This document shows positions 40,442-50,405 of a stretch of DNA of 64,000 bases, piece after piece. Source of the DNA: Phycisphaerae bacterium. GTDB taxonomy: Bacteria > Planctomycetota > Phycisphaerae > SM23-33. The DNA lies in NCBI GenBank assembly GCA_011050235.1, contig DRGC01000032.1, positions 30,042-94,041 of the forward strand, in the 5' to 3' direction. How positions within the stretch are numbered: the first letter of the stretch is position 1; each line of letters begins with the position of its first letter. The translations under genes and the position numbers were made by a program. Under the pieces are notes generated by a model, which ran no database searches, was not told where the DNA came from, and worked only from the letters and a program-made list of their open reading frames with translations.

Positions 40442-42472
40442 TCACGGCGATTGGCTCGCCTGCAAGCCAGTCCCATCGAGGGCGACGGACGCCTGCTCGC
40501 GCGCCCAGTCGTTCGTGAAGCTCTTGAAGACCACCGGCAGCAGCAGGTTTGGCTCGAGCGTATAGCGAAGGATGTCATACAAGAACAGATTGGGGTTGCG
40601 GCCGGCGCTTTGCAGGCGAAACCGACGATAGCCGAGGTCGTAAACCCGTTTGAGTTCGGCGGTGGTGAAGTTGCGCGATCGGACGTCGGCGTCCAGAGCC
40701 GACATCGGCATCGCCCGGCGGTCGGCCGACCCCTTCGGGGCGCCGTCCGCCGCGCCGCACCACGGGGCGTCGTCGTTGACCAGGATCTCGATTCGGTCGC
40801 GATCGAGTTGGGCCAACAAGTCCTCGTCGAAGCCGTCCTCGCTGCATAGGGCGACCGTGTCGAACCGTTTGGCCAGTGACTGGTAATGCTCCACTCGCCC
40901 GCCGCCGCCTTCGACTATCGTCTTGACCGCCGAGGCCGTCAGCTTCAGTCCCGGATGTCGAGATCGAATGTGATCGGCCAGCACGTCGCTGGCCAGGCCC
41001 ACACCGTTGAGCCCGGATCCGTCATCGAGAATCTCCAGAATGCGATTGCCCATGTCGTCGTTCAGGTCGGCCGATGCGATCCGGGTATCGTTGAACAGGC
41101 AACGAACGCCGACGCCCATGTCATTGAATTGTCGGACGGTCCGAGCCCACAGTTCCATGTTCATTCCGCCCGCCCCCGACTGACGCGCCCCGTTCCAGCC
41201 TGCACCAGGCCCGCCGCCGCACACGCGCTCAACATTCGGGCGACCGTCGAACCGATCGGCCAACAGCGCCAGCATTTCGCGGATCAGACGTCCGTGGGTG
41301 GCCATGCCCTCAATCGTCCAACGCGCATCCGGCCAAAGCGGGTGTCGAGTTTCGGCGCCGGTCGGCAACCCATCGCCGGCCACGACGGGCGCCTGCACGA
41401 TCATCGGGCGGGGGGGCGCCAAATCGCCCTGGCGCGCCTCGTCACCGCCGGCCGCGCGAGCCGCATCGGGCGCCCGCTGGTAGGCGGCCCGGGTCTTGGT
41501 GACCGCTTCGGCGGCCAGACGGCTGACGCGCCCGGAGATGAAGGCTTTGTAAATGACCGGCGCGAGGATGTCCGGCTCGATGGCGAAGCGAAGCAGCGAG
41601 AACAGGAACGTCGCCGGCATGTCTTGTCGCCCCTGCAGCTTGAAGCGGCGAAAGCCCATCTCGTAAACGCGCACCATCTGCGCGGTGGGGAAGTTGCAGG
41701 ACTGAATAGCCGACGTGAGCTTTTTCAGCGGCATGCGGCAATGGCGGCGCTCCATTACCATGTAGGGATTATCGGGCCCGGGGAGCCCGCCCGCCTTCAG
41801 CACCTGGGCCATCACCTCATAGTCCTTGACGCGGTTGGGGCACTGAAAGGCGCAGTTCTCATTGACCATGATCTCGATCTTGTCGCGGTCGAGCTGGTCC
41901 AGCACCTCGCAGTTAAACCCGTCGTCGGGGTGGACCATGACACTGTCGAACCGCGGAAGGACCGACTGATAGTAGGCGACATTGCCGCGCCCGCGCTCCT
42001 CGGTAACCTTGATGATAGAGGCCGTCAGCTTCAGCTCCGGGTGCCTCCGGCGAATGTGATCGTACAGCAGGTCACTGGCCAGGATCACGCCGTTGAGGCC
42101 CAGGCCGTTGTCGATCGACTCCAACAAGCGGTTGCACGCCCGGTCGTCCAGATCGTTCTTGTCCAGCAGGTGGTTGCTGAAGGTGAAGAAGACCCCGATC
42201 CCCACGTCGTTGAATGTCCGGAGCATTGCCTCCAGAGCCTGCGCTGTCGGCGCCGGCGTGAAGCTGAAGCGACCACAGTTCCACGGAACATCCGGCGCGC
42301 CGTGAATGCTGTCGAACTTCAGAGGACACCCGAATCGCTCATGGAGGAGGCTGAACACCTGGAGGGTCAGCAGATCATGGACGAATAGCCCCGTCAGATT
42401 CCATCTGGCCTCTGGCCAGAGAGGATTGCGGGCGGCCAGGCCGGACGGCAATTGGGAAATCATTGGCAACAT
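40442..42472 (-). CDS. 676-aa paralog 2 of the duplicated-module protein
   Basis: About 65-70% identical to 38287..40266 over the first module, by eye. Same two-module architecture. Confidence 0.55.
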   Translation of the reverse strand: MLPMISQLPSGLAARNPLWPEARWNLTGLFVHDLLTLQVFSLLHERFGCPLKFDSIHGAPDVPWNCGRFSFTPAPTAQALEAMLRTFNDVGIGVFFTFSNHLLDKNDLDDRACNRLLESIDNGLGLNGVILASDLLYDHIRRRHPELKLTASIIKVTEERGRGNVAYYQSVLPRFDSVMVHPDDGFNCEVLDQLDRDKIEIMVNENCAFQCPNRVKDYEVMAQVLKAGGLPGPDNPYMVMERRHCRMPLKKLTSAIQSCNFPTAQMVRVYEMGFRRFKLQGRQDMPATFLFSLLRFAIEPDILAPVIYKAFISGRVSRLAAEAVTKTRAAYQRAPDAARAAGGDEARQGDLAPPRPMIVQAPVVAGDGLPTGAETRHPLWPDARWTIEGMATHGRLIREMLALLADRFDGRPNVERVCGGGPGAGWNGARQSGAGGMNMELWARTVRQFNDMGVGVRCLFNDTRIASADLNDDMGNRILEILDDGSGLNGVGLASDVLADHIRSRHPGLKLTASAVKTIVEGGGGRVEHYQSLAKRFDTVALCSEDGFDEDLLAQLDRDRIEILVNDDAPWCGAADGAPKGSADRRAMPMSALDADVRSRNFTTAELKRVYDLGYRRFRLQSAGRNPNLFLYDILRYTLEPNLLLPVVFKSFTNDWAREQASVALDGTGLQASQSP

Positions 42473-42694
42473 CTCTGTCCTACGACGGGTTCGTGTCTAT
42501 TGTAGGAAATGCGGCCAGCGCGAGCAAACGAGATTCAACTCGCCAGGCCCTCGATGGCCGGGCCGGGGCATCGGTGAGAAGAAAAAACCGCAGGCGTCGG
42601 GTGATAACACCCGACGCCTGCGACCAAATCTTCAGATTGCGAATCCATCCTCAGCCTCTATCGCGCCAAGGATAACCCGCAACCGGAGCTAGAG

Positions 42695-43990
42695 TTACGC
42701 ACGCTTCCTTCGGTGCAGCAGCCCTACGGCGCCCAGGGCCAGCACAGTCAGCGTGGCCGGTTCGGGGACACCACCAGCGCCCGGTCCCGACGAGCCAAAG
42801 GCCTGCTTAAGAATCGCAAGGTCCGTGGCGTCGATAGTGCCGTCGCCGTTGGCATCGCCGAGCTCGAAGCCGGGCAGGATGGGCCGGCTGCCGTCCTCGG
42901 GGAAGTAGCCTCCGGTCCCGAAGTTCGCCTTCAGGATGGCCAGGTCCGTGCCGTTGACGGACATATCGCCGTTGAAGTCGGGGACGATTCGTATCACATC
43001 ATCCCCAACAAGCTCCGTGCCGTCAAGCAGCTGGCCGGTCAGTTCCAGATCGGTCATTCCCGGCAGGATTCCCAGCGACTGCGTCAAAAACTGCATGACC
43101 AAGTCATCGATCCCATCGTCATTCACGTCCTCGAAGTCGGCCTGCCATATGCCGTTGGAGTTCTGAACGACGTTGGCGTCGTTCAGCTCAACCGTCGACA
43201 CGTCGATGTCAGCCACGTCCAGGTCTTCGGTGCCGAAGATAACAACAGGCGTCTTGCCGATCGACTTGAGGTTGATGGGGTTCTCATCGCTGTCAGGCTT
43301 GATGTCTATGTCTATTGGTATGAACGGCGGCGGGACTTCGCCACCACCGGCATAGACAGCCCGACCGGGAATATCCGAGAACGCGAACTCATTCAACCCG
43401 ACGGCCCAGTACGCCGTCATGCTGATGTCCGCCCAGCCATAGAAGCGGTCGGCGCCGACATCGGCGTACAAGCCGATGGTGCCGCCACCGCCAAAGGGCC
43501 ACTCGCCATGGAACCAGAAGTACCAGCCGCCCAGGCCGCCCGTGTCAGTCACGGAATCATCGGACCAATTGCGACCACCAGCCAACGTGTCGCCGATTTC
43601 GTAGCCTCCGCCAAGCCTGCCGACGTTCCATACATTGCCGCCAGCGACGTAGCCTACGTTGGAATTGGTGCCGTCACCGACCTGAAGGGTCGTGGCGTCT
43701 TTCCGGTCATATCCATACCAATAGAAGTCCTGTTCCTGGAAGGTGAAACTGTCGGCATCCTGCCCTAACGACAGAAGTCCTGTGTTGGCGGTGTTCACCA
43801 CGACCGTCCCGTCCATCTTGAACGAGAGCATGTCCTGTCGCCAGTTGCTCGTGCCGTCCCACCAGCCCGCGCCGCCATTGTTGAAGACGTTCATGGCAGC
43901 GTTGGCGGGAACAGCCTGGGTGGCCAAAACGGCCGCACCAGCCGCCAGGGAGTAAGCTCCCAGCTTCTTTGCTAAATTGCCTTTTCTCAT
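42695..43990 (-). CDS. PEP-CTERM protein with dockerin-like Ca-binding repeats
   Basis: Signal peptide. Two DxNGDGxIDxxDLAILKxxFG repeats of dockerin/EF-hand type. The C-terminus is VPEPATLTVLALGAVGLLHRRKRA (PEP-CTERM). Confidence 0.65.
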   Translation of the reverse strand: MRKGNLAKKLGAYSLAAGAAVLATQAVPANAAMNVFNNGGAGWWDGTSNWRQDMLSFKMDGTVVVNTANTGLLSLGQDADSFTFQEQDFYWYGYDRKDATTLQVGDGTNSNVGYVAGGNVWNVGRLGGGYEIGDTLAGGRNWSDDSVTDTGGLGGWYFWFHGEWPFGGGGTIGLYADVGADRFYGWADISMTAYWAVGLNEFAFSDIPGRAVYAGGGEVPPPFIPIDIDIKPDSDENPINLKSIGKTPVVIFGTEDLDVADIDVSTVELNDANVVQNSNGIWQADFEDVNDDGIDDLVMQFLTQSLGILPGMTDLELTGQLLDGTELVGDDVIRIVPDFNGDMSVNGTDLAILKANFGTGGYFPEDGSRPILPGFELGDANGDGTIDATDLAILKQAFGSSGPGAGGVPEPATLTVLALGAVGLLHRRKRA

Positions 43991-44561
43991 AATCCTTCTC
44001 CTTCTCTGCGGATACGGGAAGGGGTTGTCTGATCAGAACAACGTACCCGAATCCTTAATAGTAACACTCTCGTTGTGATCTGCTCCTTCTGCCAATGACC
44101 ACCCGCGTGGCCACTCGACACTTCTTGCCCGCTACCTCATAGAAATGCTAAGCAAACGACAAGAAGGTAATGTTTCTGAGATCTGCGAAACAGCCACTCC
44201 ACGAGGCTGTCCTCTCGATTGAATAGATTAACACAAACTTGTACAGCGCGTCAAGCAATTAACCCGCGATCGGCAAAAAATTACACTGATTTACAAGACG
44301 ACGTATCTTATTGATGTATCAACCCTTATCGATCACCCCCCCCCTTCCCATGAACGCTTTTGGTGAGAAGAACCCGCCTTTTCCTTTAAGGTTTTCCTCT
44401 CAGACAGCTCAAACCGCGCCGCGAGCCCCGACACCCACTGACGCAGCCGCCGGCGGCCCGGCCGGGAATGAAACGGGCCCTTCGAACTCCGCGACAAAGC
44501 AACGCGGGCGGATGTGATCGCTCCGCGCCCGCTCGTATCGGTTTGTGAGTGTGCGATGAGT

Positions 44562-45800
44562 TCATCGACGACGTGACACCTTGCCGCGCTTGACCTTCTT
44601 CCCCCTGCCCTTCGCCATCAAGCGGCGGAAGTCGGCGTTGGCCTTGCGGCGGACGCCCTGCCCCTTGCCCGTCGAAAGCTTCCGCTCCAGGCGGTTCATC
44701 AGGCGCTCCATCTCGGCCGCATCGACCGGCAGGTCGACGGTCTTTTCGCTGTAGCCCGCCAGATGCATCGCGTTGGACAGCTCCAGCTCGTTCAGCGCCT
44801 GTCGGCCATCGGCGAAGTCGAAGGGCTTCTTGCCCGTGAGGATCAGGTGCACGAAGCCCCGCGTGATTTCGATGTGCCCGTCCGGGCGATTCTTTACCGG
44901 CACGTCGGTCCACGTGATGCCCTGCTCCGCCCCGCCAGCCATCGCGTTGGCCGAGGTGAAGATGTGCTTGCTGACCGGCATCTTGAGCTTGCCGAGTTTG
45001 ATCTTGCCCCACTCCTCCAGAACGATCGTGCCCTTGTCGCCGCAGATCATGAACTGCTCGTAGCCGGGCTCCTCGGCCGTGGTCGCATAAATGTAGCCCA
45101 CCTTGCCCTTGCCGTAGTCCAGCAGGAAGTTGGCGCAGTCCTCCACCTCGATCTTGTGGCGCCGCGTGGAGATCAGCCCCAGCACACGCTTGGGCATCCC
45201 GACGATCCACTGATACAGGTCCAGATGGTGCGGGGCCTGGTTGATCAGCACGCCGCCGCCCTCGCCGTCCCACGTGCCGCGCCACGCGCCGCTGTCGTAA
45301 TACGCCTGCGTGCGGAACCAGTTCGAGCAGATCAGCTGCGCCCGAAAGACCTCGCCGATCGCGCCGCGGTCGATGAGCTTCTTGACCGTGATCATGTCGG
45401 CCCGCGCGCGCTGGTGGAGCATTACGCCCAGGTGCACCCGGCGCTTCCTGCATTCGGCGATCATCGCGCGGGCGTGGCCGACCGTGCTCGATAGCGGCTT
45501 TTCGCACATCACGTGCAGACCCGCGCGGGCGGCGCGGATCGTCAGCGGCGCGTGCCAGTAGTGCGGCGTCGCCACGATCACGGCGTCGCACAGGCCCGAG
45601 TCGATCATCTCCCTGCCGCTGGCAAACCAGGCAACGTCGTACTTCTCGCCGAAGGTCTTCGCCCTATCGGCGTCGATGTCCGCCACCGCTGTGAAGCTGA
45701 AGCGCCGATCCTTGTCGGCGGACATGATCTCGGCGTGACAGCCACCCATCATGCCCAGCCCGATGATGCCGAAACGAACGTGCTTGAGTTTCTTCGCCAT
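44562..45800 (-). CDS. Gfo/Idh/MocA family oxidoreductase with Lys/Arg-rich C-terminal tail
   Basis: Start at MAKKLKHVRFGIIGLGMMGGCHA. Rossmann GxGxxG, EKP motif and a C-terminal alpha/beta domain are present. The tail is KGRGKKVKRGKVSRRR. Confidence 0.8.
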   Translation of the reverse strand: MAKKLKHVRFGIIGLGMMGGCHAEIMSADKDRRFSFTAVADIDADRAKTFGEKYDVAWFASGREMIDSGLCDAVIVATPHYWHAPLTIRAARAGLHVMCEKPLSSTVGHARAMIAECRKRRVHLGVMLHQRARADMITVKKLIDRGAIGEVFRAQLICSNWFRTQAYYDSGAWRGTWDGEGGGVLINQAPHHLDLYQWIVGMPKRVLGLISTRRHKIEVEDCANFLLDYGKGKVGYIYATTAEEPGYEQFMICGDKGTIVLEEWGKIKLGKLKMPVSKHIFTSANAMAGGAEQGITWTDVPVKNRPDGHIEITRGFVHLILTGKKPFDFADGRQALNELELSNAMHLAGYSEKTVDLPVDAAEMERLMNRLERKLSTGKGQGVRRKANADFRRLMAKGRGKKVKRGKVSRRR

Positions 45801-45891
45801 CAGTGGCTCCTGTCTGCGGATCAACTCGTTGCGAGGCGGCCAGTCTAGGTCTCGCCCCCCAGGATTGCAAGACGCCCCGCCCGCACCTAGT

Positions 45892-47082
45892 ATGGCGGCC
45901 ATGAGCAACGTCTGGGTCAAGATCGAGAGGCTCACCCGCCCCGAACAAGCGTTGAAAGTCGCCGCCATGGGGGCCGACGCGATCGGGTTGGTCTTCGCCG
46001 AATCGCCGCGGCGCGTGACAATCAAGCAGGCCCAGGCCATTGTCGCCCCCCTGCCGCCGGCGACCCAGACCGTCGCCCTGTTCGTCAACACCGAGGTCGC
46101 CGAGATCAACCGCATCGTCGAACAGCTCCATCCCACGTTCGTCCAACTCCACGGCGACGAGCCGCCTGAGATCGTCCGGTGGATCGACGCGCGGTGCATC
46201 AAGGCCTTTCGCATCCGCAATGCCGCCTGGGCCGACGAGGTGCAGAGCTGGCTGGACGGCCTGCTCGATATCAACGATGTCGCCGCCATTGTGCTCGACG
46301 CCTACAGCCCTAAACGCCGCGGCGGAACGGGCAAGCGGTTCAACTGGCAGTGGGTGGCCGCTGCCCGCGACGCCCGCCGGCTCGAACACTGGCCGCCCAT
46401 AATCCTCGCCGGAGGTCTGAACGCCGACTGCGTCGCCGACGCCGTCCGCGGGCTCCAGCCGTTCGGCGTCGATGTCGCCAGCGGCGTCGAACGTTCGCCG
46501 GGCATCAAGGACATGAAGAAAGTCGCAGCCTTCATCGCCGCCGCCGGCAGCGTCCACCCGCCCCCCGGCGATACAGCCATCGACCGATGGCTGCGCAGCG
46601 GCCGGCGGACGAAACTGCTGCGACACCTCGACGCGCATCCGCAGTTGAAACGCCGACGGCCTTGGGGCCCGTCCGTGCTACACCGAGCTTCCCGCGCCAA
46701 GAAGCGACAGGCCCTGACACGGATGTTGATCGCCCACGGCGTGTGTGTTGACCAACGAGACGGCCTGGAGATGACGCCGCTGATGACGGCAGCCTCCGAC
46801 AACGACGTCGAGATGATCAGACTTCTTCTGGCACAAGGGGCCGACGCCAACGCCTGCAACTGGTCCAGCGAGACGGCCTTCAGCTACGCCTGTTGTTACA
46901 ACTGCTTCGAGCCAGCCAAACTCCTCCACGAACATGGTGTCGAGATCAACCGCCCCGACACGCACGGCGCCACGCCCCTGGACTGGGCTAAGTACCACGC
47001 CTCGAAGCGATTCTACGACTGGCTGATAAGCATCCACTGCGTCCACCGCGCCGAACCCCCCGGCCACTGCCCGCGCCGATAA
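45892..47082 (+). CDS. trpF: phosphoribosylanthranilate isomerase fused to C-terminal ankyrin repeats
   Basis: The N-terminal ~210 aa (MSNVWVKIERL...GADAIGLVFAESPRRV...ILAGGLN) match TrpF. The C-terminal ~170 aa contain 3-4 ankyrin-like repeats (TPLM.AA..N..EMIRLLLAQGADANA, GATPLDWA). An alternative start lies at 45901. Confidence 0.65.
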   Translation: MAAMSNVWVKIERLTRPEQALKVAAMGADAIGLVFAESPRRVTIKQAQAIVAPLPPATQTVALFVNTEVAEINRIVEQLHPTFVQLHGDEPPEIVRWIDARCIKAFRIRNAAWADEVQSWLDGLLDINDVAAIVLDAYSPKRRGGTGKRFNWQWVAAARDARRLEHWPPIILAGGLNADCVADAVRGLQPFGVDVASGVERSPGIKDMKKVAAFIAAAGSVHPPPGDTAIDRWLRSGRRTKLLRHLDAHPQLKRRRPWGPSVLHRASRAKKRQALTRMLIAHGVCVDQRDGLEMTPLMTAASDNDVEMIRLLLAQGADANACNWSSETAFSYACCYNCFEPAKLLHEHGVEINRPDTHGATPLDWAKYHASKRFYDWLISIHCVHRAEPPGHCPRR

Positions 47083-47240
47083 GCCGATGCGTAGGGCGTG
47101 CAGCTTTGCTGCACGGCGAGCTTGAATATTCCATGTGCAACACTACGGTTCTGCAATAACCGTCCATGGTTTTCGTCATTGATACGGGCGGGTATACTCG
47201 CACGGGATATTGGTAAACCAATGAAAAGGGAGCAATCGCT

Positions 47241-48071
47241 ATGGGACGCATGAAAAAGGTGTTGGTCGTAATGGGCGTGTTGGCCTCGTCGTTCGCCGGC
47301 GGGATGGTTGGGCATGTAGTGCTGGGCCCATCAACGGCGCAAGCGAAGGACGCGGCCATGCCGAATATCGTCGATGCTGAGGCCTTTCGCGTGGTCGACG
47401 CCGACGGCAACGTCCGCGCAGCGCTGGCGATGGGTGATGACGGGGCTGTGCAGTTGGAAATGCTCGACGCGAAGGCTCAATCGCGAATGGTGATCGGTCT
47501 GGACGCCAAGGGCATATCGAGCATAGCCATGGCTGACGGCGACGGCTCGATCCGCTGGAAGGGGGGCCTCGTGCCGGGCGAGGACGGCAAGATGCTGGCA
47601 GGCGCCCTTGCGGTTCAGGTAATCGATGCGCGGACAATGCGCATCGGCGATGGGCGGGGCAACCACCGCGGCGTGTTCCGCGCCACTCCGAGCGGCCCGT
47701 TCCTGGTGCTGATGGACAAAGAGGGCAAACCCGTCACCGTCATGGGCGTCCAGGACAGGGACGGCTCGGCCGGATTCAAGGTCCAGGATTCCACGGGTCA
47801 GGAGCGACTTCACCTGGGCATCGTCAAGGACGGCGGCGTGTCCCTGGTGATTCGCGACAAGACACGCAAGGCCTGCACCGCCCTCGGCGTCAGCGCAGCC
47901 GGCGACCCCGAACTCATCGTTCGCGACAAAGCCGGCAACAAACGCATCCTCCTCGAACTGGACAACGACGCCACCGGCCGGCTGCACTTCCTGGACGCCG
48001 ACGGCAAGCCCATCGCCCAGGCGCCGCCGACGCCCGACAAGGAAGACACCGCCACGACCGAGGACGACTAG
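47241..48071 (+). CDS. secreted repeat protein (hypothetical)
   Basis: Signal peptide. Reiterated (V/F)(V/L)DADG(N/K) beta-strand-like repeats. Acidic C-terminus. Confidence 0.5.
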   Translation: MGRMKKVLVVMGVLASSFAGGMVGHVVLGPSTAQAKDAAMPNIVDAEAFRVVDADGNVRAALAMGDDGAVQLEMLDAKAQSRMVIGLDAKGISSIAMADGDGSIRWKGGLVPGEDGKMLAGALAVQVIDARTMRIGDGRGNHRGVFRATPSGPFLVLMDKEGKPVTVMGVQDRDGSAGFKVQDSTGQERLHLGIVKDGGVSLVIRDKTRKACTALGVSAAGDPELIVRDKAGNKRILLELDNDATGRLHFLDADGKPIAQAPPTPDKEDTATTEDD

Positions 48072-48189
48072 CGCCGCGGGCCAGCCCCGTGGGAGCCAGC
48101 CCGCTGTATTCAGAAGGATGGCGGCCCGGCAGCTTCAAAGAACCGCCTAAGAATCATGCGGGTCAATCGTAATAGAGGATAGGGAGAAC

Positions 48190-48663
48190 ATGGCGATGAG
48201 ACGGATTGCAGCCATTTGTGTCGTTGGGGCCGTCTTGCTCTGCGTAGGGTGCGGGCGGAGCGTCGCGCCGGGGTTGACCGTGCTGGAAGGTATGCGGGAT
48301 CACGATCTGGTCTTTCGCGGCCGCGTCCTTGAGGTCGGCGAGTCCCCGGGGTACTGGAGCGGCATCCTGGCCGCTCGCCAGGAAGTGATCTACAAGATCA
48401 TCGACATCTACAAAGGCCAACTCCCGCTGGACACAGACCAGGTGCGGGTGGCGCACATCCTTGTCGGTAGCGGCCCCACGGAGGACCGTAACGTGCCGCA
48501 GTTGGACCCCGGCGTGATCGGCCCAGGCCGAGAGGCGGTTATCTTTGCCGCCACAGATTTCGCCAACGAGAAGGGCATCTTCGTCTTCGGCGATGATCCC
48601 ATCGGCGTGCTCTTCATCGACGGGCGGAATCTGACGACGCCATCACGCCTGCACGCTCCTTGA
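48190..48663 (+). CDS. lipoprotein (hypothetical)
   Basis: Lipobox LLCVGC. 157 aa. Confidence 0.45.
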   Translation: MAMRRIAAICVVGAVLLCVGCGRSVAPGLTVLEGMRDHDLVFRGRVLEVGESPGYWSGILAARQEVIYKIIDIYKGQLPLDTDQVRVAHILVGSGPTEDRNVPQLDPGVIGPGREAVIFAATDFANEKGIFVFGDDPIGVLFIDGRNLTTPSRLHAP

Positions 48664-48838
48664 AATCGCACGGCCGCCCCTCCCCCCCCGCCAGGCGACG
48701 AACAGCATTGCATTTGCCGTAGCCAATCGGGACAATGTTGGGTGATTTGGTTGAGCGACAGCCGTCGCCGTCGTGTGGCGGCCGCCGGGCCGTGTGAGGC
48801 CGGGCTGGCCGTTGCGGCACGCACCGAAGGAAGGACCC

Positions 48839-50275
<1,437 letters not shown>

Positions 50276-50276
50276 A

Positions 50277-50405
50277 GATTGCGGATTGCGGATTGGCGAT
50301 TGCGGATTGAAAAACAAAGTGCGGCGGGTCACTGACTCCGCCGCACGTCGTTTCTTCTATCTTCTGTTCAATCCGCAATCCGAAATCCGAAATCCACAAT
50401 CGCAA
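50277..50405. repeat. inverted pair of heptanucleotide tandem arrays (GATTGCG)x5 ... (CGCAATC-type)x5 flanking the ahcY terminator hairpin
   Basis: GATTGCG GATTGCG GATTGGC GATTGCG GATTG, then the terminator, then CAATCCG CAATCCG AAATCCG AAATCCA CAATCGC. It fills the 130-nt gap between convergent ahcY and the REC-GAF regulator. Confidence 0.85.
50319..50368 (+). terminator. rho-independent terminator of ahcY
   Basis: A perfect 9-bp GC stem (GTGCGGCGG...CCGCCGCAC) with a 10-nt loop is followed by the T-rich tract GTCGTTTCTTCTATCTTCTGTT. It lies 44 nt after the ahcY stop. Confidence 0.6.

Noticed and set aside
40886-42388. 500-aa plus-strand ORF and the 25056..26378, 53540..55060, 6636..8048 and 6355..7335 ORFs
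   Set aside because: All lie antisense or off-frame to strongly supported genes (module-protein paralog, lptB, mnmG, cstA). Composition is typical of high-GC antisense frames.
50277-50405. Heptamer arrays as a CRISPR array
   Set aside because: Units are 7 nt with no intervening unique spacers, and no cas genes are present. They are simple tandem repeats.
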